Assembly: GCA_964588985.1 (NCBI GenBank)
Contig: CAZPQW010000002.1
Coordinates: 175,508-239,507 of the forward strand
Length of the DNA stretch: 64,000 bases
Reading direction: 5' to 3'
DNA from: an uncultured Solirubrobacteraceae bacterium
GTDB taxonomy: Bacteria > Actinomycetota > Thermoleophilia > Solirubrobacterales > Solirubrobacteraceae
Made by a program: the position numbers and the translations under genes. Positions 27,690-36,584 of this stretch are shown here, piece by piece. Below the pieces are notes generated by a model. That model was not told where the DNA came from. It did no database searches and saw only the letters and a program-made list of their open reading frames with translations. Within the stretch, counting starts at the first letter, position 1. Every line of letters begins with the position of its first letter.

Positions 27690-29213
27690 CTACAGCCCGT
27701 CGGGGTGACGCGCGACGAAGCCTGCGGTGGAGGTCATGCTGCTCGACCAGCGCGTGCCCGTCTCGGCCAGGGCGACCGTGTCGAAGCGTTTGCCGTCCAC
27801 GACCATGAACGCGTGTTCTGAGTTCGCGTAGATCGTGATGTGGCGGCCGGGTCCCGCTTCGCCGTAGGACTCCAGTGCGCTCGAGTCCTCCGGCGAGCTG
27901 AGCAGGCCAGCGCCGTGCAGCGCGTAGGACACCGAGCCCGAGCAGTCGTAGCCGACCGACTGGAACGAGCCGTGACCGCCGCCCCACACATACGGGCGGG
28001 TCGCGATTTCATCGCCCGCAGCGATCACACGCGAGATCACGCTCGAGCCTTCACCCGTTTCACTGCTCGACCCGGACCCGCTCGCTTCCCTCGCCGAGGC
28101 CGGGGGAGTGAGGGTTTCCTCGTTGCCGATGCCGATCAGCGCCCACGTCGCGGGGCCGACGACGCCGTCCACGGTCAGCCCGTGGCGCGCCTGCAGCCGG
28201 CGCACCGCCGCCTCCGTCGCGGGGCCGAATTCTCCGTCGGTGGGCAGGCGCAGCGCGGACTGAAGCCGCGCGACGGCGTTGCCGCCGCCTTCGCCGCCTT
28301 CCGCGCTCGCCGCGACCGCGTGCGCATGGTGGTGATGGGTGGCGACGGCGGCGACCGCGGATGCCGGGGGGGTGAGCGTTTCCTTGCCGCTCACGCCGAC
28401 CACGTTCCACGTGCCCGGTCCCACGATCCCGTCGACGGTCAGACCGTGACGGGCCTGCAGACGGCGAACCGCCGCCTCTGTTTCGGGGCCGAAGTTGCCG
28501 TCCACCGACAGGTGCAGCGCTGCCTGCAGCTGCTTGACGGCGCTTTCGCCGCCGCTGCCTTCGCCGGTGGCGCCCGAAGATGCTTCGCTTTCTGAGCTGA
28601 GGGCCGGGGCGGACAGGCTCGCCGCGAACGCCGTTCCGGTGCCGCCGCGCAGCGCGGCGCCCGTTGCGGGTCCCACGATGCCGTCGACGGTCAATCCCCT
28701 GCTCGCCTGGAACTTTTCGACCGCAGCTTCGGTCGCCGGGCCGAACACGCCGTCGACCGCCACGTCGCCGAGGGCCTTCTGCAGGAGTTCCACCTGGCGG
28801 CCTTCGTCGCCCGAGCTGAGCGTGATCGTGTGTTCGGTCGTGGTCGTCGGTTCGGGGCCGGTCGCCGCCGTCGCGATGGCGGCCTGGCCGCCGATCGTCG
28901 CGGTCGGGCCGACGGTGAGCGCCGCGAGCGCGCCGAGCGAGACGCGTTTGGCGCGGGTGCTGGACGGCGAGAAGCGCAGCTCAGCGGCGCGCCTGCGCGC
29001 CCGCGAACGGCCGAGGGAGAGGTGCCACGGCTGCTCGTCGGCGAGATCACGCTCGTGGGGCAGGCTGCGCACGTCGAGCAGCAGCGCCAGCGAGGAGCTG
29101 CCCTGGGTGGAGCGCACGCGCCCACGGTTGGTCCTGACACGACGTTCGCGTGAACGTCGAAGCGATTCGTTCCAGTGATCGAGCGCTGCAAGATCGCGTG
29201 GGGATCCCGACAT
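27690..29213 (-). CDS. Peptidoglycan-binding repeat protein with an NlpC/P60-like C-terminal domain
   Basis: Three PG_binding_1 repeats (DG.FGP.TEAAV..LQ..HGLTVDG); [16 protein letters not shown]...HAF; GAAAGGA RBS. Confidence 0.9.
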   Translation of the reverse strand: MSGSPRDLAALDHWNESLRRSRERRVRTNRGRVRSTQGSSSLALLLDVRSLPHERDLADEQPWHLSLGRSRARRRAAELRFSPSSTRAKRVSLGALAALTVGPTATIGGQAAIATAATGPEPTTTTEHTITLSSGDEGRQVELLQKALGDVAVDGVFGPATEAAVEKFQASRGLTVDGIVGPATGAALRGGTGTAFAASLSAPALSSESEASSGATGEGSGGESAVKQLQAALHLSVDGNFGPETEAAVRRLQARHGLTVDGIVGPGTWNVVGVSGKETLTPPASAVAAVATHHHHAHAVAASAEGGEGGGNAVARLQSALRLPTDGEFGPATEAAVRRLQARHGLTVDGVVGPATWALIGIGNEETLTPPASAREASGSGSSSETGEGSSVISRVIAAGDEIATRPYVWGGGHGSFQSVGYDCSGSVSYALHGAGLLSSPEDSSALESYGEAGPGRHITIYANSEHAFMVVDGKRFDTVALAETGTRWSSSMTSTAGFVARHPDGL

Positions 29214-29244
29214 GCGTGGGCGTCCTTTCTCCAATTCAATTGCA

Positions 29245-29390
29245 TGGCGCCTACGGGGTTAGCTGTCGGGCTCGCGTAAACGTCTACGCTACGCCACACT
29301 TGTGGCGATTCGCCCCCGCAGCCTGTGGCTGCAATGGGTCCCCCGCTCCTCATGCCCCGTGGGGCTGAGGACTCGGCACGACGGGCGCCA
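29245..29390 (-). ncRNA. Cyclic di-AMP (ydaO/yuaA) riboswitch
   Basis: Minus strand reads GCCGAGTCC...GGAGCGGGGGACCCA...GGGGCGAATC...GTAG...CGAGCCCGACAGCTAACCCCGTAGGC, closed by a TGGCGCC/GGCGCCA stem; lies upstream of a cell-wall hydrolase as is typical in actinobacteria. Confidence 0.9.
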
Positions 29391-29494
29391 AGCTACCAGA
29401 TCTCTTTGCAAGATGCATCACATGGGGAGGTCTGCAAGCTTTCTTGCCGACGGCGGGCGGCGCGCGGGGGCCCTCGCGTTGATAAGTTCGCTCT

Positions 29495-30145
29495 GTGCAG
29501 CGCAAAGACGCAATCGACCTTCGCGTGCTCCTGCTGCTGGTCGTCCTCGTGGTGGTCGCGGGGGGCGTGGCGCTGCTGACGGTGGGCGGCTCCTCCGGCT
29601 CCACCAAGAAACCGCAGGCACAGAACGCGAAATTCGACGCGGAGGGTCTGCTCACGCCGGTGAGGGCCGCGCCGCCGCTTTCGCTGCGCAACTACCTCGG
29701 GCAGCGCGTGGACCTCGCCTCCTACAAGGGCAAGGCGGTGTTCGTGACGTTCATCTACACGCACTGCCCCGACGTCTGCCCGCTGATCACCTCCAACCTG
29801 CGCGTCGCGCAGAACCTCATGAGTCACGTCGCGGCGTCCAAGACAGCGATGATCGCCGTGTCGGTCGACCCGCGCGGAGACACGCGCAAGGCCGTGGCGG
29901 CGTTTCTCGCTCGCCACGAGATGACCGGACGGATGCAGTACCTGGTCGGCTCGCAGAAGGAACTGGTGGCCGCGTGGAAGGCGTGGGGGGTGGGCTCCGA
30001 ACGTGACGTCAAGCAGCCGGAGTTCGTCAACCACTCCGGTCTCATCTACGGGATCACCGGATCGGGCAAGCGCATGACGATCTACGCCGCGAACTTCCAG
30101 CCGAGCGACATCGCCCACGACGCACCGCTGTTGGCCACGCGCTGA
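29495..30145 (+). CDS. SCO family copper chaperone
   Basis: FIYTHCPDVCP, SVDP..DT, VNHS. Confidence 0.92.
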   Translation: MQRKDAIDLRVLLLLVVLVVVAGGVALLTVGGSSGSTKKPQAQNAKFDAEGLLTPVRAAPPLSLRNYLGQRVDLASYKGKAVFVTFIYTHCPDVCPLITSNLRVAQNLMSHVAASKTAMIAVSVDPRGDTRKAVAAFLARHEMTGRMQYLVGSQKELVAAWKAWGVGSERDVKQPEFVNHSGLIYGITGSGKRMTIYAANFQPSDIAHDAPLLATR

Positions 30146-30157
30146 GCGGGGGCGAGG

Positions 30158-30673
30158 ATGCGCGTCAAGCCGCGGATGTTTGCTTGGACGCTGCTGGCGG
30201 TCGCGGCGATCGTGGCGCTCGCGGTGTTCGGCCTGGCCGGCGAACACACGAGCCGCGGTGGGCGTCTCGCGCCCGCGCTTCCCCGCGAAAGCCTCGTCGG
30301 ACCTTCGCAGACGCTGTCGAGCATGCTCTCCGCGGACGGCCACAGGCCCGCGCTGGTGGTGTTCTGGGCGAGCTGGTGCGGGCCGTGCGCGCACGAGGCG
30401 CCCGCGATCGAGCGCTTTTCCCGTAGCGCGGACGGACGCGGACGGGTGGTGGGCGTGAACTGGAGCGATGCGCTCTCCGGCGCGCGGACGTTCCTCAGGC
30501 GCTACGCGTGGACGTTCCCGAACGCGCGCGACGCGGAAGGGACGGTCGGCAACGCCTACCGCATCACCGGCCTGCCCACCACGTTCGTGCTCGACGGCAG
30601 CGGACACATACGCGCGGTGCTGCGCGGGCCGCAGACGGAAGGCTCGCTCGCAGCGGCGTTGCGCGCGGCGTAG
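30158..30673 (+). CDS. TlpA-like thiol:disulfide oxidoreductase
   Basis: FWASWCGPC..E, GLPTTFVLD. Confidence 0.9.
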   Translation: MRVKPRMFAWTLLAVAAIVALAVFGLAGEHTSRGGRLAPALPRESLVGPSQTLSSMLSADGHRPALVVFWASWCGPCAHEAPAIERFSRSADGRGRVVGVNWSDALSGARTFLRRYAWTFPNARDAEGTVGNAYRITGLPTTFVLDGSGHIRAVLRGPQTEGSLAAALRAA

Positions 30674-30720
30674 CGAGGGATCCATCCAGTCGGACTGGTC
30701 CGTCCGGTGGTAGGGGAAGG

Positions 30721-31083
30721 ATGTGTGTCGTGTTCATCCCGGTGCTTGTCTTCCTGGGCGCCATGAGCGTGGGCGTGCTCGCGAGCTTCCGCTGGCTGCC
30801 GGATCTAGCGGATGGGCGGGTGGCGGGCCTCGCGTTCTTTCTCGTGTGCGGGATGCTGGGGGCGGCGCTCGGGCTAGCGGGCCTTGAGATCTACGGGCTG
30901 GTGGAAGAGCTCAGCCGGTCGGGCGTCGACAGCTTCTCGGGCGACAAGGGCGAAATCGTGGCGGGGGCGCTCCGCGTGATCGTGTTCGAGTCGGGGTCCC
31001 TCGTGGGGCTCGCTGCTGTGGTGTACCTGCTCGCGCCCCCGGCGGACGAAGAAGAAGAGCTGAGCGTCGAGCCCGCCGCGTAG
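30721..31083 (+). CDS. Hypothetical 3-TM membrane protein
   Basis: Hydrophobic C-terminal part of ORF 30508..31083; purine-rich RBS before ATG 30721. Confidence 0.6.
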   Translation: MCVVFIPVLVFLGAMSVGVLASFRWLPDLADGRVAGLAFFLVCGMLGAALGLAGLEIYGLVEELSRSGVDSFSGDKGEIVAGALRVIVFESGSLVGLAAVVYLLAPPADEEEELSVEPAA

Positions 31084-31090
31084 GCGTAGC

Positions 31091-31534
31091 TCAGGAAGCC
31101 TCGACCGCCACCTTGATTCGCCCTGCGAACGCGTCGGCGTCCTTGCGCGCGGCGCTCAGAGCGAAGCGGGCGATCAGTCCTCCGAAGCCATGCCCCTCGA
31201 GGACGTTGAAGAACGTCAGCGACGTGCCCTCTCCGTCGCTTGCGAGGTCGTAGCCGCCTTCGGAGGCGACGACGAGGTTCTTGGAGATCTCACTCCAGCG
31301 GATCCGCGTGGGTGCGTCGAGCTCGGTGATCTTGAATTCGCGCTTGCTCTTCATGCCGGCGTCCTTGACGGTGCTCGCGAACACGGTGCCCACCGCGACC
31401 GGCTCGCCGGTCGTGTTCGCGATCTCGAGCACACGCGGGCTGAACTTCGGATCGTTCGTCCCGGCGGCAAGGAAGGTGAACACCTCCTCGATCGGACGCT
31501 CGATCTCGATCGTCGCTCCAAATCGTCCTGTCAT
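31091..31534 (-). CDS. SRPBCC family protein
   Basis: TIEIERPIEEVF.FL...NDPKF...GTVF. Confidence 0.85.
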   Translation of the reverse strand: MTGRFGATIEIERPIEEVFTFLAAGTNDPKFSPRVLEIANTTGEPVAVGTVFASTVKDAGMKSKREFKITELDAPTRIRWSEISKNLVVASEGGYDLASDGEGTSLTFFNVLEGHGFGGLIARFALSAARKDADAFAGRIKVAVEAS

Positions 31535-31600
31535 CCCACTCCCTTGTCTCGTGTGACGTGGCGCGCATTATCGCCGGGATGACATTTGAGGGCTTGTCAG

Positions 31601-32278
31601 TTACGGCTTTCCTACGGCGAGGCGTTCGGTGACGTGCTTCGCCTCTTCCGCGAGGCCGTTCCTCTTCGCCGCCTCGACGATCCGCGCGGCGCGCTCTGCG
31701 CCGACGGTCTCGAAGATCGAGGAGAGGCGCTCCTCGCCCTCGGTCACGAACGCCACCCGCAGCAGGTCCTCGTCGCTGAGCGCCCCGACACAAAGACCGA
31801 GCGTGTGGTCGTCGAGGTGCGCGACGAACCGCCCCATCGCCACGTGCTCGCCGCTGGTCGCCATCACCGCGCACACCGCGACCACGGTGTCGGTGGCGAT
31901 CGCGGTCACCACCGCCACCGCGCGGCGTGGGTCGAGCTCGGCGGCGAGCTGAGCGAGGAAGTCGATCGAGAAGTGGTTGGAGATCTCCACGGCGCGGCTT
32001 GGCTCGAGCAGGCCGGTGAGGCGCGCGCATATCAGCGGGCCGAGCGCGCTCTCGCCGATCGCCGCGAGCGTGCGCGCCGGCAGCAGCCGGGCGGCGTCCG
32101 CCGCGCGCTGCAGCAGCTCCTGGTCGTCGTCATAGAGCAGGTCGGTGATCGCTTCGCGGTACTCACGCAGCTCCGCCGCCGGGGCCTTCTCCAGGAAAGC
32201 GAGCGCCTGCGGATCGGAGACCCCGAGCAGGCGCGCGAGCTTCGCGGTCTCCGCGCGGCTCTCGGACTTGCGGCTCAT
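31601..32278 (-). CDS. Conserved actinobacterial hypothetical helical protein
   Basis: AETAKLARLL...LGPLICARLTGLL...FLAQLAAELDP...HVAMGRFV; ATGA overlap with the upstream small gene. Confidence 0.7.
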   Translation of the reverse strand: MSRKSESRAETAKLARLLGVSDPQALAFLEKAPAAELREYREAITDLLYDDDQELLQRAADAARLLPARTLAAIGESALGPLICARLTGLLEPSRAVEISNHFSIDFLAQLAAELDPRRAVAVVTAIATDTVVAVCAVMATSGEHVAMGRFVAHLDDHTLGLCVGALSDEDLLRVAFVTEGEERLSSIFETVGAERAARIVEAAKRNGLAEEAKHVTERLAVGKP

Positions 32279-32466
32279 GTGCCGAGCGCTCTGCGCACCG
32301 CGCCGCGCAGCAGTCGCGGTATGTGATCGAACGCCGCGTCGAGCGCGAGCGCGAGCGCTCGGCGCTGGCGCCGCAGCGCCTGTTCGGTGAGCGCGGTCAG
32401 CTCCGCGCCGTGTGCGGCGGAGAGCGACGGGGGAGGGGACGGGAGCTGGTCGGTTGGGCGTGGCAT
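32275..32466 (-). CDS. Small hypothetical partner protein
   Basis: ...LDAAFDHIPRLLRGAVRRAL; translationally coupled to the downstream gene. Confidence 0.65.
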   Translation of the reverse strand: MPRPTDQLPSPPPSLSAAHGAELTALTEQALRRQRRALALALDAAFDHIPRLLRGAVRRALGT

Positions 32467-32598
32467 CTCGAGGGGGAGCGTTGGCTTCGCCCTGCAAGGT
32501 TGCGTTGCCGCGAGCCCCGGGGCATCGGGGGACTCTCCTCGGCTCTGTGCGCCTTACTACTGACCCCGCTCGCTCCCGGGCGGCGACGCAGTCGGCCG

Positions 32599-34485
32599 CT
32601 ACGCGTGCTTCGGCGCGTGCGCGGAGGCGGGCGCGTTGTTCGCGGCCCAATCCCTGAGATACGCCTCGGTGCCGGCCACGTCGAGCGGACGGGCGAACAG
32701 GAACCCCTGTCCGCTGTCGCAGTCCTGGTTCTTGAGCAGCGACAGCTCCTGCTGCTGCTCGATGCCCTCAGCGAGCGTCTCGATCGAGAGGGTCTTGCCG
32801 AGCTGCACGAGCGTGTGGATGAGCGTCTCGCCCTCGCGGTTGTCGGTCAGTCCCGAGATGAACGAGCGGTCGATCTTCAGAGCGTCGACCTGGAAGCGCT
32901 GGAGGTGTGCGAGCGAGGAGTAGCCGGTGCCGAAGTCGTCGATCGCGATCCGCACGCCGAGCTGCTTGATCTGCACGAGGCGGCGGGCGGTCTCCTCGAT
33001 GTCGCGCATGATCGTCGTCTCGGTGAGCTCGATCGTCAACGCTTCGGGGTGGAGTCCGCTGCCGTCGAGCGCGCCTTCGATGTCGAGGATCAGCTGGTCG
33101 CTGTCGAGCTGACGCCCGGAGACGTTGACGGCCATGCCGATCCGATACCCCGCCTCGTGCCACGCGGCGCCCTGCCTGCAGGCCTCGTGCAGCACCCACC
33201 TGCCGACGTCCGTGATCAGCCCCGTCTCCTCGAGCAGGGGAATGAAGTCGTCCGGCTGGACGATGCCGCGGTCGGGGTGCTTCCAGCGGATCAGCGCCTC
33301 CACGCCCGTCGGGCGCATGTCGCTGAGGTCGAGGGTGGGCTGGTAGGCGAGGAAGAACTGCTCGCTCCTGAGGGCCTCGCGGAGGTCCATCTCGAGCTCC
33401 ATCCGGTCCTGGACGGTGTCGTGCATGCTGGTCTCGAACACCACATGACGGTTCTTGCCGTCCCACTTCGCGCGATACATCGCGATGTCCGCGTCGCGCA
33501 GCAGATCCTCGGCCGTGGTCGCCTCCCCGGTCGCGATCCCGATGCTCGCGGTGACGGTGAGGGGGGTCTGCCCGTCCGGCCCCAGCTTGAACGGAGGCTG
33601 GAGCGCGCTGAGGAGGCGCTCGGCGATCAGCTCGGGGCCCGGGGTGAGCGCGAGCGCCTCGGAGATCACGACGAACTCGTCGCCGCCGAGTCGCCCGAGC
33701 GCGTCGATGTCGCGGATCACGCCGCTCAGCCGAGCGGCCACCGCCTGCAGCAGTTCGTCGCCCACGCCGTGGCCGAGCGTGTCGTTGATCGACTTGAAGT
33801 TGTCGAGGTCGATGAACAGCGCCGTCACCGGCGTCTGGGTGCGGCGCGAGCGGGCGAGCATCTGCGTGACGCGATCGAGGATCAGCGTCCGGTTGGGCAG
33901 GCCCGTGAGCGAGTCATGCGTGGCGAGGAACGCCAGCTCGCCCTCGCGCCGCCTGAGCTCTTCGTCGGCGCGCTGGCGCTCGATCTCGAAGCACTCGCAC
34001 ATCTGCACGAGGCTGAACTCGAGGCTCAGCTGCACGATGTTCAACGCTTCTGCGAGCACATCGTTCGAGACCTCCAGCCGCGCGGCGCTCTCACGCAGCA
34101 CGTCGGCCATCGAATCTCTCCAAAAAAGGCTGCGTCTCGTTACCTCGTTGAGCGAGGCCGCGCGCGTCGCGGCGAGCTCCCCGAAGATCTCCCACGTTTC
34201 CTGCCCGCCCTGTCGAGCGACCTCCAGGCCCTCGCCGGCGATCCATCGCGCCACGGCGATCGTGGAGCTCGTGCTGATCCGTTCGAAGCTGTCCTGCACC
34301 ATCGGCTCGACTTCGTGGCCCGGGCCGGCGCTGCGCGCGACCGTCAGGCCGAGCACGTCCTCTGCGCGGGCCTTCAGCGCCTCGCCGAGACGGCAGAGGT
34401 CCTCCGCGGGCTGTCCCTCCGGGATCGACGGCGGCAGCGGCACGCGTATCTCGGCCTTTTCGGAACTTGAGTCTCGAGTTGACAT
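32599..34485 (-). CDS. GGDEF-EAL bifunctional diguanylate cyclase/phosphodiesterase
   Basis: IDLDNFK, GRLGGDEF, GVEALIRW, DDFGTGYSSL; full-length paralog of 22911..24779. Confidence 0.95.
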   Translation of the reverse strand: MSTRDSSSEKAEIRVPLPPSIPEGQPAEDLCRLGEALKARAEDVLGLTVARSAGPGHEVEPMVQDSFERISTSSTIAVARWIAGEGLEVARQGGQETWEIFGELAATRAASLNEVTRRSLFWRDSMADVLRESAARLEVSNDVLAEALNIVQLSLEFSLVQMCECFEIERQRADEELRRREGELAFLATHDSLTGLPNRTLILDRVTQMLARSRRTQTPVTALFIDLDNFKSINDTLGHGVGDELLQAVAARLSGVIRDIDALGRLGGDEFVVISEALALTPGPELIAERLLSALQPPFKLGPDGQTPLTVTASIGIATGEATTAEDLLRDADIAMYRAKWDGKNRHVVFETSMHDTVQDRMELEMDLREALRSEQFFLAYQPTLDLSDMRPTGVEALIRWKHPDRGIVQPDDFIPLLEETGLITDVGRWVLHEACRQGAAWHEAGYRIGMAVNVSGRQLDSDQLILDIEGALDGSGLHPEALTIELTETTIMRDIEETARRLVQIKQLGVRIAIDDFGTGYSSLAHLQRFQVDALKIDRSFISGLTDNREGETLIHTLVQLGKTLSIETLAEGIEQQQELSLLKNQDCDSGQGFLFARPLDVAGTEAYLRDWAANNAPASAHAPKHA

Positions 34486-34669
34486 CTCGGCTCACCGCAT
34501 CGGCAGCTTGGGCTGATTCCACGAGCTGGACATTCGATCTTGCAGCGCATGGATGGCGGCGCGAGGTGGCGAAGTACGGATCGGTTGCGTGGCTCGACGC
34601 CGATGTCCTCGCGGGCGGCGCGGAATAGCTTGCTCTCAAGGGGATCAGGTCGAGAGGAGAGTGGTGGAG

Positions 34670-36100
34670 ATGAGCGAGCAGCTCAGCATGCTGGACACGA
34701 TGTTCCTCGAGCTGGAGCAGTTCGACGAGGCGGCGCACATGCACATCGGCGCGGCGCTCGTCTTCGACGCGCTCCCCGGCGGCGGCACGCCGACGATCGG
34801 CGCGCTGCGCGATCACATCCGCGAACGCGTCGGGATGCTCCCGCGCTACGTGCAGAAGCTCTCGGGCGTGCACGCGGGACCTCTCACGTGGCTCACGTGG
34901 GAGCCGGCGAAGGCCGTCGACCTCGACGCCCACGTCCACCACGCGACGCTGCCCGCCCCCGGCGGCGAGGCCGAGCTGCACGAGTGGCTGGGGGAGTTCT
35001 GGTCGCATCGGCTCGATCGCCGCCGGCCGCTGTGGGAGATGACGCTGCTCGACGGGCTCGAGGACGGGCGTTGGGCGCTTGCGAGCAAGACGCACCACTG
35101 CCTCGTCGACGGCGTCGGCTCTCTGGACATCGGGCACGTCCTGCTCGACGTCTCGCCCGAGGGTTCGCCACCGCAGCCGCCGCCGATGCCGGAGGGCGAG
35201 GAGCGGGTAGAGCAGCGCGACGGCGGCCGGTTCTGGTTCTCGCCGGGCCTCGTCGTGCGCGGGGCGCGCGCGGGCGTCGGCGCGGCGCTGCACCCGCGCG
35301 AGTCGCTCGAGAAGGTGCGCGCGGCTGTGGAGCTGATCGTGCGCGAGGAGGTGATCGGGGCGCCGAAGTCGAGCCTCAACGGGCCGATGAGCGGCACGCG
35401 CCAATTCGCGACCGTGCGGCTCGAGCTCGCCGACGTGAAGGCGACCAAGGCGCGCCTCGGCGGGACCGTCAACGACGTGGTGCTCGCGCTGTGCGCGGGC
35501 GGGCTGCGACACCTGCTGCTCTCGCGCGGCGACGAGCTGCCCAAGAGCGATCTGCGGGCGCAGGTGCCGGTGAACATCCGCCCGGAGGATCTGGAGCACG
35601 CTATGGGCAACGAGCTGACGTCGCTGTTCGTCGAGTTGCCCGTGGGGGAGGAGGACCCGCTCGCGCGCTACCAGCTCGTGGTCGAGCGCACCGAGGCGCT
35701 CAAGGCCGGCTCGCAGCGCGCCGGCGGCAAGACGATCGTCGACCTCGCCGACATGGGCCCGCCGCTCGCCGGCGCGCTGCTCGCGCGGTCGATGTTCGGC
35801 GGCACGCGGATGTTCAACCTCACGATCACCAACGTCCCCGGGCCTCAGCAGCGGTTGTATGCGCTCGGCGCGCCGCTCGTCGAGATCCTCCCGCTCGTGC
35901 CGCTGTTCGCCGGACACACCGTCGGGATCGCGGTCCTGTCATACGACGGGCAGGTGGTGTTCGGGTTGAACGCCGACCGGATGGCCGCGCCCGACGTGGA
36001 GGTGCTCGCGGAGGGGATCGAGAAGGCGTTCGCGGAGCTGCAGGTGGGTGAGGGGAAGCGGGTGGGGCGGCGGGCGGTGGTGGCTTCGGCGGGGTTCTAG
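34670..36100 (+). CDS. Wax ester synthase/diacylglycerol acyltransferase (WS/DGAT)
   Basis: MHIGA, LDRRRPLWE, HHCLVDG, GTVNDVVL, TNVPGP. Confidence 0.95.
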   Translation: MSEQLSMLDTMFLELEQFDEAAHMHIGAALVFDALPGGGTPTIGALRDHIRERVGMLPRYVQKLSGVHAGPLTWLTWEPAKAVDLDAHVHHATLPAPGGEAELHEWLGEFWSHRLDRRRPLWEMTLLDGLEDGRWALASKTHHCLVDGVGSLDIGHVLLDVSPEGSPPQPPPMPEGEERVEQRDGGRFWFSPGLVVRGARAGVGAALHPRESLEKVRAAVELIVREEVIGAPKSSLNGPMSGTRQFATVRLELADVKATKARLGGTVNDVVLALCAGGLRHLLLSRGDELPKSDLRAQVPVNIRPEDLEHAMGNELTSLFVELPVGEEDPLARYQLVVERTEALKAGSQRAGGKTIVDLADMGPPLAGALLARSMFGGTRMFNLTITNVPGPQQRLYALGAPLVEILPLVPLFAGHTVGIAVLSYDGQVVFGLNADRMAAPDVEVLAEGIEKAFAELQVGEGKRVGRRAVVASAGF

Positions 36101-36131
36101 GCGCGACCTGAACGCTACTGTTGGTGCGGTC

Positions 36132-36371
36132 ATGACAGCCAAGGAGAAGCTGCGGGTCGTTGTCGAGGAGCTTTCAGAGCGCGAGGCGGAGAACACGCTC
36201 GAGTACATAGCGAGCCGCCGTGACGGTGGGCTTGATGAGTTGCTCGAAAGCGCACACATCGACGACGAGCCGACCACCCCGGAGGAGGAGGCGGCGGTTC
36301 AGGTCGCGCGCGAGGAGCTTGCGCGCGGCGAGACCGTCAGCCTTGATGAGATTCGCGCCGAACTCGCGTGA
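36132..36371 (+). CDS. Putative antitoxin
   Basis: Small acidic; ends EELARGETVSLDEIRAEL; GTGA-coupled to a RelE-like start. Confidence 0.7.
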   Translation: MTAKEKLRVVVEELSEREAENTLEYIASRRDGGLDELLESAHIDDEPTTPEEEAAVQVAREELARGETVSLDEIRAELA

Positions 36372-36451
36372 GCGGTGCGTGGCGGGTCGCGCTGACCCGT
36401 GCTGCACAGCGTGACATCAGGCGGCTCGACGCGCAGATCCGCCAGCGTGGA
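36368..36451 (+). pseudogene. Truncated RelE/ParE toxin (N-terminal ~28 codons)
   Basis: WRVALTRAAQRDIRRLDAQIRQR, then unrelated sequence; no RLRVGDYR-type core; end approximate. Confidence 0.65.
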
Positions 36452-36584
36452 TCAAGCTACGCGTACAGTCTCGGTGCTGCGGGTGTTGCCTCGTGGGCGC
36501 GCATATCGCGGCTGACCTTCAAGTCCGGCAGGACAACGAGGTCTCGTCTCAAGACGCTCTGAGACAGAGCGCTCCTCTGGCTGT

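Noticed and set aside
34486-34520. Shared TCAG..GCCGAT promoter-like motif upstream of the GGDEF-EAL genes
   Set aside because: Matches among the three upstream regions are too loose to support by eye
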